64,000 nucleotides of DNA, taken from Vairimorpha necatrix. Its lineage: Eukaryota. The stretch lies in the NCBI GenBank assembly GCA_036630325.1, contig CP142731.1:744001-808000 (forward strand). Reading direction: 5' to 3'. The position numbers and the translations under genes are program-made. This document shows positions 24,432 through 37,341 of this stretch, in pieces. Each line of letters begins with the position of its first letter. Positions within the stretch are counted from its first letter, which is position 1. The notes beneath the pieces are model-generated. The model was not told where the DNA came from and did not search any database. It was given only the letters and a program-made list of their open reading frames with translations.

Positions 24432-24689
24432 CAAAAACCAAGATAATTTATAATGGGGATGTATAAAGGTAATATATATAAGGGATATATAAAGATAATA
24501 TATGATGCGTTTTTATGTATAGTACATATTATAAGACATATTATATAAGACATATAATAAGCTATATAAAATTTATATAGTACATATAATAAGCTATATT
24601 ATAAGACCATATACAAAGTATATATAATAGGACATATATTATAAAGTACATATAATAAGATATTATAATAAGTTATAAAACATTCGTTT

Positions 24690-24974
24690 TTATTTGGGGT
24701 GTAATTTAATATTGAGGGCCTTCTCAAAGGCCTTTGCTAGATTCTTGTCATAATTCGCCGTCCCTTTCTCCCACTCTTTTACTACACTCACTTTCTTGTC
24801 CATCTTCTTAGCTAAATCCTTCTGGTCCATCTCTAGTCTCACTCGGGCTTCCTTGATCTTATCTTGAATATCCTTGGGGACGAGCTTGAGAGTGACATCA
24901 TCATCAAGAGTGACGAGACTGGATTTGGGAGCGGGTTTATTCTTACGGATTATAATAGGCTTGTCATAATTCAT
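24690..24974 (-). CDS. MBF1: Multiprotein bridging factor 1 (HTH)
   Basis: IKEARVRLEMDQKDLAKK..EWEKGTA..EKALNIKL; CCCCTTT-ATG start. Confidence 0.85.
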   Translation of the reverse strand: MNYDKPIIIRKNKPAPKSSLVTLDDDVTLKLVPKDIQDKIKEARVRLEMDQKDLAKKMDKKVSVVKEWEKGTANYDKNLAKAFEKALNIKLHPK

Positions 24975-25474
24975 AAAGGGGTAAAAAAAACAAAAAAAAA
25001 CATCAATGTAAAATTGAACTATATATACAGAATAAAACTATATATAGAATAAAAATGAGTATTATAGGTAAGGGTAAAACTACGTTACATAAAATATATA
25101 GAGAAAATAATACGTACATAGAAATTAATACGTACATTTAAAATATCCTCAATTTTCATTAAAACTTGATTAAATTTTTTATAATGATACATTACATTAT
25201 CTATATAAATCTATTTGATATCTATATCTATATCGAAATTATATATCTATATAAAATCTATTGGATATTTATATATATTCATATGTGTCAAATATATCAT
25301 TGAATTATTGAAAAAATATTTAATAATCTATTATTCTATACTAAAATATCAATTTATTAGTTTATTTTAATTTATTAATAATCTACTTCTATCCTAATTT
25401 TTTTATACCTCTCTTTTTCCCTTTTTTTAATTAATCCACTTATAAAATATTTTCTTACCTTTTTCTATCATAAA

Positions 25475-25828
25475 ATGGTCGATATCAACAAACAAGAGCT
25501 TATTGTCCAAGCTGCTCTCGGTCTAATTAAAATTAAAAAATCTGGTAGAGAAGAAGACTTAGATCTAATGAGAAATAAAAAGACATTATTCCAAAATACT
25601 GTATTAAAAGAAGTATTTAAATTAAATAAATATCCATCTACTCAAACAAAAATAGATTTGGGAATATTATTAGATTTAAGTATACGAACTATACAAATTT
25701 GGTTTCAAAACGAAAGACGTAATAAAAAAAGTGAAAGTAAAGATGAAAATAATTATAAATGTGAAGTTGGGCCAGTTATATTGTGGAGGATTTATAAAAA
25801 AGCGAAGAATTTCATATTTTATATATAA
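25475..25828 (+). CDS. Homeodomain transcription factor (microsporidian HD type)
   Basis: KTLFQNTVLKEVF..YPS..RTIQIWFQNER. Confidence 0.9.
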   Translation: MVDINKQELIVQAALGLIKIKKSGREEDLDLMRNKKTLFQNTVLKEVFKLNKYPSTQTKIDLGILLDLSIRTIQIWFQNERRNKKSESKDENNYKCEVGPVILWRIYKKAKNFIFYI

Positions 25829-26519
25829 AAAAAAAAATATTTTTATACTTTAATTAAAGAGATAAGAAAAAAATAATAATAATCAATAATGTAATTAATA
25901 AATAAAAAAATTATAAATAAATAAAATTTTGTGGGGTTTGATGGATTTTTAGTAAATGTTTAATTAAATATTTAGAAAATATTCAAAGCCGATCAAAAAA
26001 TTTTAAAAAATTTTAAATAATGTATACACAGTGGAGATACTGTGTATACAAAAATATATGCTATTAAATATTGTAAAAATGTATATAAAAACATGGTGTG
26101 TAATATAAAAAATGCTAGTATATAATAAATATTCAAGCGAAAGTGTATGAAATAATACATCAATACGATTTTTAAGATCAAAATTAAAATATCAAATGCT
26201 TTTTATGTTGAGACATTTGACAGCTATGAGTGACAGATGTAAAAAATTTATGAAAATCGCAGAAAATATCTTGAAAAAAAAGGTATGAAGAAAATTTATG
26301 CTTTTATACATGTCTAAGAAGCGAAAATAAAGCGGCCAGAGGCGCGATAAAAGCCTCATATCTTCATAATAATGCATGAAACCTCGCATTTAATATTCTA
26401 CCAAGACATTAAATAAGAGTTAATCTATCGCAAGATGAGTAATGCAAAGAATATTTTCACTAATAAGTTTTAAAAAACGACGACTATGACGTGGCAACAC
26501 TTCGACGAGTTTGATGGGA

Positions 26520-27095
26520 CATAACATCAAATGTGTCAAATACGAAGCACTTACACGTGATTTGTGAAGGTTTAACACTTTAAATGTAAATAAACGAAGC
26601 ATGCCATGGCAATATTAAAAATATTTGAGGCTTTTTACATCAAACATGTCAAAGCCGAAAGCATTGTCTCGAGATTTTTGAAGGCTTTCTGGTATTTAAT
26701 GTTTAAAGAAAAGGCATTGCCTTGAGATTTTTGAAAGCTATAAAGTGTGAAATGTCAAAGACGAAGCATTGTCTCGAGATTTTTGAAGGCTTGAAGTTTT
26801 TATGATAAAAAAAGAAAGCAATTGTGGTATTGTCTCGAAACTTTGCAAACTTTCAAGTATAAATTGTTATGAGATGCAGCATTTGTGATATTCTTGTGTG
26901 GTTTTTTTTAACCTATAACTCCAGATATCATAAAGGAACGGCGTATCGTGATATTTTTGAATGCTTTTAGGTATAATACGTCAAAGACAGAGTATGTCGT
27001 GGCATCATCTCGAGATTTTTGAAGTCTTGTAACATAGAAATTTTAGAACCAAGTCATGACGTGGGGATGGAAAGAGATTTTTGAAGGCTTTTGCC
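26520..27095. repeat. Degenerate non-coding tandem array, about 10 units of 52-63 bp
   Basis: Core GAGATTTTTGAAGGCT or close variants at 26671, 26724, 26776, 27012 and 27074; weaker copies in between. Confidence 0.75.
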
Positions 27096-27932
27096 CTAAC
27101 ATAAAAAAAAAATTAATGCTTGCTACTACTTCAAAAATTTTAAAGCTTAAAGTTTCAAAAATGTGTAAAGAGGTTGGTAAACAGGACTATGAAAGTTCAA
27201 ATCGTTACAGTAAATGATTAATAATTTTACGGAAAAAACACGTTAATAGACGAAAAAAGCCTCCTCTGCAGACAAAAACAATGTCTTGACTCACAATGTG
27301 TAAAATAGTTATGATAGACATCTTGTTTATCTATAAAGCGTTGTAAGAATATATATAGAATTAAATAATTTAAAACAGTGTGAAAGAATATACATATATT
27401 CATATGTATATAAGAGTCTGTACGAAGGTACATAGCTGTTAAGACTTTTTTTTGTACAATAATATCAAAAAATCAATTAAGAACTTTATAACAATTGATT
27501 ATCTGAAAGATCCACAAAAGAAGTTATGTGAAAAAAAAATATACTAACTTATCTTATTTATGCCCAAATAGTGTGATAAGATTTTCCTACAGCGCTATAA
27601 AACTCATACGAGATTAAATTTATAGATCAATTAGTAGATTTTATTATAAATTTAATGATTTTAAAAGCTTTTTGTATTGAAAAACACAAAAAACAACTAT
27701 AAAACAATCGACTCATCGGGTTACCCACAGGGAAACGGCCTGTTTGTAAATAGCATTCTATGATTTTTGCAATATAATAAGAATGTTTTCTAAATTTTCA
27801 CGTGGACTATTGCCAATTCTCATATTACAACCATAGGATTGGCGCACACTTATTTTTTTAGTATAAGTTCATTTATTTGCTAACTTTCATTTTTGTGTTT
27901 AACATTTTCAATTATATAAAAAATTACTAAGA

Positions 27933-28970
27933 ATGCTTTTACTTAAAGAATTTGAAAGCATAAAAGAATCTGTTCTAAGACGAAAAGCGATTTTCAACTT
28001 CGAGAAAACTGGTTACACATATCTATCAACCATACAAGGATATATAAAAGAGAAATATGAACATAACGAAAACTTCACAGTTAAAATATTAAAAGAGGCT
28101 CGACCCGAAGTTCTTTATGGCAATATAAAAACAAAAATAAATTATTCAAAGCCATTTAGATTACGAGACGATCCATCATTGATATAAAACAAACTACTAC
28201 GTGGTTTACAAAAGGAAATATAAGCCCAAGAGAGGAAGGCAATTTATGTGCATTACAGGACAGAGACAGAAAAAATGCCCACACTGTCGTGAACATGAAA
28301 AGACAGTAGATCATATTGCCAATAATATGATCGTATGCTTTCACACGATTACATGAGATGGCACATTGGGGCCACTGCGATGCATACACCCGCAGTTATG
28401 TAAACCGTATGGTTATTTCAAGCTAAAAGAATTAGAAACTATATGGTCCAGGAATGTGTAGCTAATTTTCTTGAGATAAGATTTGACACTTAAATACATT
28501 CAAGTATCAAAATAAAGCATAACAAGCCCGATATACTAATTGTGTACAAGTTGAGGAAAGAAGTGATCGTTGATGAAGTTAGAATCACAAGCTTTATTAA
28601 CCTTCATGCGGTAGAAACAAAAAAAAATAAACACGACTTGCTTGCAAAATATGTGGCTTCTCGTATAAATATAAGCCATAAATTTTTTCTTATGTGATGA
28701 CTTGGGATGGAATATTAACTAATTTCCACCGCTCGTATATCAAAGAGCTCTGATTAGAATACTAGCATATATACAGACAAGAGTCCTTAAATGACTTAAG
28801 AAAGCCTAATTATGTAAATCAGATATGGGCTTGATACTGATCAGGAATGGGTATTCGAGGACATAATATGTAAATTTTAGAAAAAAATCCGAGAACTGTT
28901 AGAAGAAATTGTGAGTATAGCTTGTGAAAAGTAATTAGTAAAAAGATATTTTATAATACCCAAATAAATA
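27933..28970 (+). mobile_element. 5'-truncated, decayed REL-endonuclease non-LTR retrotransposon
   Basis: WFTKGNISPREEG..LQDR, CPHC..TVDHI, HNKPDILI..EVRIT and YVMTWDGIL; no RT core visible. Confidence 0.75.
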
Positions 28971-29174
28971 ATTTATTTTCTAGAAAATCAGAGCGAAAAA
29001 ATTAAGTAAAATATTGTGGATAAATAAAAAGCAAAATTAAGCTTTTATATTTGTTTTTAGTCCATTTAAAATTATTAAAAGTCAAATATCATTTTACTAA
29101 ATTTTTTTAGATGTTATACAATATTCAGTAATACTGCACACAAAATGTTTTAGTAAATTTATTTTTTTTACCCC

Positions 29175-30491
29175 ATGGAAGATTCTTCAAAATTAGAAAA
29201 AACCGTTAAACTGTCAAATTTTAATGAATATACTAATAAAATAACCGTTTTCTTACAATCTTACAACATAGTTTTAGACGTAAAAATTTTACTATCTTCC
29301 ATTAATACATCCAATAGATCTTTTAAAGACGTCTTAGACACTTTTTTATTAAAATATTCCGAAAAATATAAAATTTTAAATTCTCTTTACAATAAAGAAT
29401 ATCCTTACGATTTAGAAATAAATAAAAAGTTAAACTTACAAAATATAAAATACGACGTAAAAAATGAAAATTTTTACGGAGTCAAATTTAATAATTTTGA
29501 TATAAAAAATATTTTAGAAATTTGTACTACTAATAATGTACTGGTAAAAGGATTACTGGTAGATAGAAAGTATAATATAGAATATTTGGTCAATTATATT
29601 AGTAAAATGAAAATTGATATAGAAATTAAGATTTTAATTGATAATATTTATAATATATTTGTGGTAGTTAAAGATCAAAATAGTCCTTTGATAAACAAAA
29701 TCGTGTTATATGAGATTTTTAAGAAGTTAAAAGGTACTAAAGAGATGACACATAGTGGGATTTATACTAGAGATGTGAAGATAAGTGTAATAAATAATAA
29801 GTTTTTAGAGAGATTTTACAGCGATAACTCTGTTTATTTTAGTAATAAATCAGATAATAATAAAGATGCTAGTAGTAATGATATTGTCGATATATCATAT
29901 TGTATTAGAGAATATTTAGATAGAAATGGATTTCTTATACATTTTTCTACTCTGTGTATAGACTCTATTTCTATTATCTTAAATATCAAGAACAAGAATT
30001 CTACTGACTATTTGCGAGATTTTCTTAGATTTAAATTCACTGGTTACAAACTCATTAATAACTCAATCTCAAATACTTCAGACAATAATATCTTGATTTC
30101 TATATATAATTTTAAGTATACAGTTACATACCCGCCACTAGACATATTAAACAGACTTAAATATCTTAATAAGCAGGTCTATACACAGTATTATACGAAG
30201 ATAATGTCTTCATATTACAAATGTAGAGATATTAATTCTAAATTGAACTTTATAAATTATAATGATTATGATTTAGTTTTGTCAAAGATAAATATTAAAG
30301 GAAGCTTACCTATTAAATATAAAGAAGATGTTAATGAAATATTTGAGTATAGAGATAGTAGAGTTTATATGTTCTATAGTAGGAGTAGTCATACATTGAT
30401 GGTGAAATATAAAGAAGAAATTGATAGAGAAATGTTTTTAATGTATTTGATAAGTAGTTGTAAGTTTGACTATGTACTAAAAAATTATTAA
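29175..30491 (+). CDS. Hypothetical protein, 438 aa
   Basis: Long ORF with CCCC-ATG start; no motif recognised. Confidence 0.8.
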   Translation: MEDSSKLEKTVKLSNFNEYTNKITVFLQSYNIVLDVKILLSSINTSNRSFKDVLDTFLLKYSEKYKILNSLYNKEYPYDLEINKKLNLQNIKYDVKNENFYGVKFNNFDIKNILEICTTNNVLVKGLLVDRKYNIEYLVNYISKMKIDIEIKILIDNIYNIFVVVKDQNSPLINKIVLYEIFKKLKGTKEMTHSGIYTRDVKISVINNKFLERFYSDNSVYFSNKSDNNKDASSNDIVDISYCIREYLDRNGFLIHFSTLCIDSISIILNIKNKNSTDYLRDFLRFKFTGYKLINNSISNTSDNNILISIYNFKYTVTYPPLDILNRLKYLNKQVYTQYYTKIMSSYYKCRDINSKLNFINYNDYDLVLSKINIKGSLPIKYKEDVNEIFEYRDSRVYMFYSRSSHTLMVKYKEEIDREMFLMYLISSCKFDYVLKNY

Positions 30492-30801
30492 AAAAAAATA
30501 AAAAATTTATGATTTTGATTTAATAAAACAGTAATGTATAATTGACTTATAATAAAAGAATAATTATATAAATGACTTATAATCTAATTAAAAGTATATA
30601 CTAATGACTTATAATTAAACACTAAGTTTGCAAATTGACTTATAATAAAAATTAAAAAAAAATATAATCCGACTTTAAGTACTAGTAAGGACAGAACAAC
30701 TTATAGAGAAATATTGCAAGATGACAAAGACACAAGCAAAAACGCAAACCCAATTATAATTTTAGGAGTAAACTTACACGTTTTCAAATTTTAAGTATAT
30801 T

Positions 30802-31179
30802 TTATTCATTAAATTCTCCATCTACAAATCCTTCATCTTCATCCTCAAAATTGTCATCAACAAACTCTTCAAATTGTTCTTCCCCTTTGTATCCCATTAC
30901 CATTTTCATTTTATTCATATTTTTATCCACTTTAATTAATGTAGGAAAATGTGTCAGGTTATATTTCTCTTTACATATTTCCATATCTTCAAAGTCTGGC
31001 CTTTTAAGTTCAAATACCACGAGATCTTTATTAGTCTCAAATTTGTCTAATAACTGGCTTAATACTTTACAAGGAGGACATTGTTCAGAACCAAAGAAGA
31101 GTAAGACGTCTTTGTTGAGATTAGAGATTTTTTTTTGTACGTCGGCGAATTTTGTAAAATTTTTATGACGGGTGAGCAT
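30802..31179 (-). CDS. Thioredoxin-like protein
   Basis: FFGSEQCPPCK active site; cis-Pro motif FPTL. Confidence 0.88.
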   Translation of the reverse strand: MLTRHKNFTKFADVQKKISNLNKDVLLFFGSEQCPPCKVLSQLLDKFETNKDLVVFELKRPDFEDMEICKEKYNLTHFPTLIKVDKNMNKMKMVMGYKGEEQFEEFVDDNFEDEDEGFVDGEFNE

Positions 31180-31394
31180 TTATTAAAAAGAGGGTGAAGA
31201 ATAAATATAGAATTATGAAACACAGTTTAGAAACAAACAACAGGCACTTAATCAAAACAAAAAAGAAAGAAACTTTACAACAAATTTATAAAAAAAAAGA
31301 CCATATGTATTAAAAATACTTCTTGTGTTTATAGAAAGCTGGTTATGTGTTTTCTGACTAAAAGTTTTTTTTATAATTTTTTTTACCCTCTAAA

Positions 31395-31790
31395 ATGTCT
31401 GACGAAGAATACAAACCAATAGTAGAACAACAATATACACTCAGAGATGCCCTTACTCAAGCATGCAGAGCCGCACGCATAAGTAACAATCTAGCAAAAG
31501 GAGGCAGAGAGTGTGTGAAGAAGATCTGCGCAAATAATGCGAAATTCGTCTTACTCGCAGAAGACTGCGAGCCGAAGATCAAGACTGTGGCCACATTCTT
31601 CTCCCAGAAAAACAAGATCCCGATCATTTCTATAGAAGATAGGAAAGAATTAGGGAGAATACTGAATTTTGAGAAAACTAATCTAGCCGGGAAAGTAAGG
31701 AACAATGGATGCGGAATAGCACTTATATCAGAGTTCAATGAGAAAACTAAAGCATCAGAGTTTATTCTCAATGAATTAGAAACCAATTAA
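31395..31790 (+). CDS. RPS12: 40S ribosomal protein S12 (eS12)
   Basis: [24 protein letters not shown] and terminal GKVR..GC pattern. Confidence 0.88.
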   Translation: MSDEEYKPIVEQQYTLRDALTQACRAARISNNLAKGGRECVKKICANNAKFVLLAEDCEPKIKTVATFFSQKNKIPIISIEDRKELGRILNFEKTNLAGKVRNNGCGIALISEFNEKTKASEFILNELETN

Positions 31791-32538
31791 ATTATTTTAA
31801 TTTATGTTATGTTGAGACTATAAAACAAAGACATCCTGTACAAAATGTATGGTAAATATTATTATGTATTACACATGACTAGTTTATACTTAAAAAATGT
31901 GCTAGACTGTCTTAATTTCAATATACCAAGCCTGTAAAAAAATTTATCTCTTTTTTGTAGATTGAGCTTACACCTTGAGATATATTTTTAAGATTATATA
32001 CGTGAACTAATACAAATTTTATTGTCTTTATATTTTCTAAATATATCTATAAATAATATATATGTATTCCTTAGTCTATAGTGAAGAACGTATATCAACT
32101 ATTATTGTACATCGTATATAACACGAGTATTAAAATTCTAGGTTTCACATTAAATGTTTGATGTGTAATTTTAAAATCAATTTACATTTAAAATTATAAA
32201 ATTAAAAATTTTTGTAATTATATCTAAAATTCGTGAAAGTAACGGTCTATTATGGAACACTTATAATATGTCTTATAATTTAACTATATTTAATAGGCAA
32301 AGTATTTTAAGTAGTAATATTTGCAAGTTAAAATAAAGAAAAACATGTTATATTTAAGATCAGTTTTTTTTTCATCAAGTTTCAAATAACGTAAATAACA
32401 AGATGTACAAATTATATTTAACGATAGTACAAATTAAAATGCCAACAATTCATTTATAAATAAAAAATTTATTATAGAAGACCTGAGTTAGTGAAAATAA
32501 AATTTTTTATACAGATTTTTACAAAGGTTTAGCCCCCA

Positions 32539-33601
32539 TAGTGCCATGTTTGAATTTATAAACACATGATTGAATTATTTATACCCATAAAGAAAAGAAA
32601 AGAAAGTTTCCCATAACTACTAATTTAACAAACACGTTTTTAAAGTTTTCGAATACGGAAAACGATCTATAGCCGAAATATCGAATAAAGTTGATTTACA
32701 TAGTAACCCCGTTGCATTTATCGTAAGTAAACAGCTACATCAACCTGTTGGGCCCAATCTGCAGATCGGCCAAAGCAAAATACTTTCGTATAAAGAGTGT
32801 ATATAAAAACATAGTTGATTGTGCAAACGATATGACTCTACATGAAATTTTAACGAGTTGAATATACGAACAAATGTATATTTGACTATATCTTATATAG
32901 AGAACCCCGGCACAACAAGAAAAATGCTCTCTTTATTCCTGTCGAACGTAATTTCCTGGATAAAATAAATAAAAAGTGTTTTATGCCTTTGAAATTAGTA
33001 GGTACATAGTTTAAAACCTTGTTTTTTGATAAAACTGGGTCCAATACTCACACAACACGTAGTGACGGATACTCAGAGAACACTACTCAAGCCTATACAA
33101 GTGTGTAAGCAAATCTTGACCAAAAAATTAGCTGCATGTGCGTAATTACAATAAATGGATTTTGGCACTTGAGTATACTCGTGAAGCGTTTAACTTTAAG
33201 AGTTTATGAATCAACTTTCTATGTTCTCTTGAATAATCAGGGTACAGTTTCATAATAAGTAATGCTAATTTTCATCATTCGCGGGAAGTTTTACAAAAAT
33301 TAAATAATCTAGGCATCATTCAAAGATTTCTGCCTCCTTATTCTCAGGAATTAATTCCATCGAAGAATTCTTTCAATGTTTAAGGCAAAATTTTATAATT
33401 GCATTTTCAAAAAAGTCCAATTTAAACAAGTCTTGATAATGTTTTGAGTTGAGATTATGGACGTGAGTATCCTGGGGTTTATAGAAACATGACAGGCCGC
33501 CTAGAAAAAGCAGAGCAAAAGTAGATTTTATTTTAAAACTTATTTATTTATTTCCAAATTTTAAATTTTTATAGCACTATAAAAATTCGAACTTGGCACT
33601 T
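32539..33601 (+). mobile_element. Heavily decayed Tc1/IS630-like transposon
   Basis: Imperfect TIR AGTGCCATGTTTGAATTT / AAATTCGAACTTGGCACT; remnants FDKTG and FLPPYSQEL..IEEFF; absent from duplication copy B. Confidence 0.65.
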
Positions 33602-34434
33602 TAGAAATTCATCATGGGAATATGACGATTCAATCCCCTGTAATATACAATGAATACCACCTTGGTATGAAAAATTTTATAATCGAGGGGTCTAAGTAAA
33701 AACGCACTTTAAAAAAAATATACCAATTTGCCAAAAATATAAGGCTCTTCGTTAAATATAGAAAATTATTAGAAATTTTTGCACAGCTTCGCCGTGATTT
33801 TAAGTATAAAAATCTAGTTTAAAATACAAACATAAATTTATAAAAACTCAGTGTCATATTTTAGGAGTTGTCGATTATATGTATTCTACTATACATTACA
33901 TAATTCTATTTGGTCACTAAAAAATTTACTTATATAAATAAAAATCTTTTGATTCTTAGTCTCATGTGATGCGATTCATTGTTTTTGACATTCGCCGCGA
34001 GATTTTTGAAGGCTGTCTTGAAACAATAACTTAAAGATTAAGTAAATTGATTGTTTTTTTTTGAATGAAATGTACGAAGTCCTGATGCTTAAAATTTGTT
34101 GATTATGTTTTTTCCTGGATACTATTTGACAATTAAAAGTTTTATATTGATTTTTGACTTCGCTTTATTAAATTTTTTCTCTTACCATTTAATTGTTTTC
34201 AACAAATAGATCTCAAAGTACATGTATTTTTATTGAAGATATGTTCTTTATTAATTCTAACTACTAGTTTTTTATTTATTTATCTGACAAAAAAATACTT
34301 CTAATTTTTTACATAAAATTCGAATGATTTATGACAGCTAGTAACAAAGTAGTGTTTTATAAATCTGTCTTCTTTTTATATTAGAATTAAAATCATTCTT
34401 CTCTTTATATATAAAAATTTTTCACTACCCTTTT

Positions 34435-35001
34435 ATGATATTTTCTATGTTCTTTTTATTTACTTTTCAATCTACTTCTTTGACATCCACTTCCGATCTT
34501 AACGTACCATCGTACATTGATGATTACTTGGAATCGGCCATCCACGACAGAATTCTTCTATCAAATTACGATCATATACTCAGACTAACCTATCACAATT
34601 TAAAATGGCTATCTCATACTAACAAAATAGGCGTAAGATATTATTTAATGTCATTCGACGAGATAAGTAAAAATTTTATACAATACGACGATCTTAAACA
34701 GATATTTTTTCAAAGTAATGTCACGTCAGAATATAAAAAGTTTTATATGGATGTTTACCAAAGGCTGCAGTTGGGGAACGTCAGTTTAGCGTCTTTGGAT
34801 GAATTTACAAATAACTTTAAGCAGCCACTGATTTTTCCACTGAAAAATATACCTGCTAGTGATATTTTGTATGAAGACGTAAATAGAAAAATATTGGAGG
34901 ATATCAAAAGAATAAATGATCTTATAGAGATATACTGTGGGTTTATATATAAAGTAAGATCTATATATTTCTATTTTAAAACAGGCATTACAAAGCAATA
35001 A
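34435..35001 (+). CDS. 188-aa putative secreted protein; paralog of 42263..42829
   Basis: CCCTTTT-ATG; hydrophobic N-terminus; high identity to paralog. Confidence 0.85.
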   Translation: MIFSMFFLFTFQSTSLTSTSDLNVPSYIDDYLESAIHDRILLSNYDHILRLTYHNLKWLSHTNKIGVRYYLMSFDEISKNFIQYDDLKQIFFQSNVTSEYKKFYMDVYQRLQLGNVSLASLDEFTNNFKQPLIFPLKNIPASDILYEDVNRKILEDIKRINDLIEIYCGFIYKVRSIYFYFKTGITKQ

Positions 35002-36551
35002 AATACATTATTTAATCATTTAACTTGCAATCAATATATTAAAACAATTTTTTTATTAATATAACTTATAGGTGATATAAAAATGAGTAAAAAATATTTT
35101 ATTTAGATTTTGTTGTATACTGAAACACTATTTTATTGTAAAAATTCTTAAATACTTTTCTATATATCAAATATCAATAGTTGTTCATCAAGATATTTGC
35201 TTTTCAACAACACAGTATTTGATGTTTACAAGCTTAAATAGTCAGAGAAGCTGAATTGTAAAAATTTGATTGTGTATTTATTCTATATCTTTGCTTTAAA
35301 TGCTATACTATAGTTTATAGGAATGTAAATTTGTAAAGAACGAAGAAATCTTATATTTGAAAGCGTATATTACAGAAATATGCGATTTAGCTACCTTAAT
35401 AATGTTTCCCCAAATGTATCACAGATTAGAAATTAAATCATAACAAAACTAATAAATTTGAAAGTAAATCTATATAAATGATATTTTGAAGAATGTAGAA
35501 CTGTTAGTTACCACTCTATTTTAAAACATGATTAGTTTTTAATATATAACGAATATTCGGAAAGAACGTGTCATGTTCATATAAGTTCCCTTTGTTTTAT
35601 TACAATATTAAATAAGTCTGTGTGTTAAATTCTAATTAGGGGTTTGTTTATATCTATCGATTTATGTTTTTTAATTATATTTTACCTCTCATTGGTAAAA
35701 ATCATTTCAATTAAATTTCGAATCAATAATACAGTTCAACGACATTAACTGAAAAATAAAAATAAAACATAATGAGCTGTAAGAAAATTTAAAACTTTTT
35801 CCTAAATTAATTTATTCCATTTCAATTTAATTTTGATTTTACAATTGTATTTAATTAGTATTTATAACTTAATATAAATATATGTGACGGAACTCGTAAA
35901 TATTAAATAACAAAACATTATTTTGTATGATATATGAATCGAATTACAAATTGTACTGCCATTTTATATTTATGAGTCTTTTCCGACTACGTCACATATT
36001 TAAAAGATAGTATATGTATCTATTCTGTGCGAAAAAAAAAAGTTATCATGTACTATTTGTACCATCGTTAATGGCACAAGTATTTAAAATCTCGGAGTTA
36101 ACTTTAATTGTTTGATATGTAAACTTAAAATGACCAAAATCAATTCTCATTATAATTTTAAAAATTAAATTTACGAGTTTATGTATAAAATTTGGAGTGG
36201 AAGCTGGTCTATTATGAAGCGCATATAACTGAATTTAATAGGTGCAATACTTAAAGCCAATGATTTTGTTGTACTTGAAGATTAATAAACACATGTTTTA
36301 TTGAAGATCTGTTTTTTTTACATTAAGCATCAAGATACGTAAATAACGAGATATGTAAATGATATATAACGATGAGTATAGAAAATCTTATAAAAAAAAA
36401 TTAGTATAAGAGATCTGAATAAGTAAAAAAAAATTTTATACAAGCCCCGTCTAATATATTTAAACACAGCTAAGGTCGTGGATTATGATCAAAAGGCTTG
36501 AATATAAACGCACTCCAAAAAGCAATATTAATTCAAAAATATAAGAATCTT

Positions 36552-37214
36552 GGTACATGACCGTTCGGAACCCGCTTTGGAATTTTAAAGGACCCCCTTT
36601 AAAAAAATAACAAAATTGGCAAAAACAATGTTTGTTGAGGCAGATGAGGTTTTTAGTGATGTAATGTATTTATACGTGGAATATAAAGAAAAGTTTATTT
36701 TGGAAACATTTGATGCTGAATCGGCGTGCGCCTTGCTCGTTTTTGTAACTAGTAGAAATACTGCTTTTTCCTTGAGGCAATACAAGAAAATGTATAACCT
36801 GTTTCTATTATGATCTCTAATCAATGGGTAGCATATTTTGCCACATTAGCTAAGCAAATGGATGGAGCACAGTACTAAGAATTACTCCATAAATGCCGTA
36901 ACCTCTGGCGATTCTGAGTCACAATGCCATATAATTTAGTTGGTTTTGGCTCATTTCTATAAGAGATATTCGATCTAGATATAAACAAAGAAGAACACTA
37001 TGAGTACCTTTTACAGTTCCACTGGGCTTTCCAAATTCACAAAAATCACCGGATAAATTGTCTTCTGTCATTATTTAAAATAAATCATCAAGTCCCTTTT
37101 TGAATTTTTTTTCCCTATTTTTGAATTTTTCAAAGCAGGTTTATTTTCCCCAGCGGGTTCATTTTCCCAATGCGGGTTAATTTTCCCAAAGCGGGTTCCA
37201 AATGGTCATGTACC
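36552..37214 (+). mobile_element. Non-autonomous Merlin (IS1016-like) transposon, 663 bp
   Basis: 29-bp TIR GGTACATGACCGTTCGGAACCCGCTTTGG (2 mismatches); 8-bp TSD AGAATCTT; subterminal tandem repeats 37131-37200; empty site in copy A near 33735. Confidence 0.82.
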
Positions 37215-37341
37215 AGAATCTTTTGCGATGTAGAAATTATTAGAAATTTTGATACAGCTTCACTTTGATATTAAAATTAAATAAAAAGTGAAAAACTAAT
37301 TTTATATACAAACATTATTGGAATGAAAACATGGTTTATTT

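Larger units (their letters stand above)
32220..35860 (+). repeat. Tandem segmental duplication, copy A (ends approximate)
   Basis: Shares blocks with copy B, e.g. ACTCAGTGTCATATTTTAGGAG, ACAACACAGTATTTGATGTTTACAAGCT, ACAGTTCAACGACATTAACTGAAAAATAAA. Confidence 0.8.

Noticed and set aside
26520-27095. CRISPR-like repeat-spacer array
   Set aside because: Eukaryotic context, degenerate repeats, linkers related to each other, no cas genes
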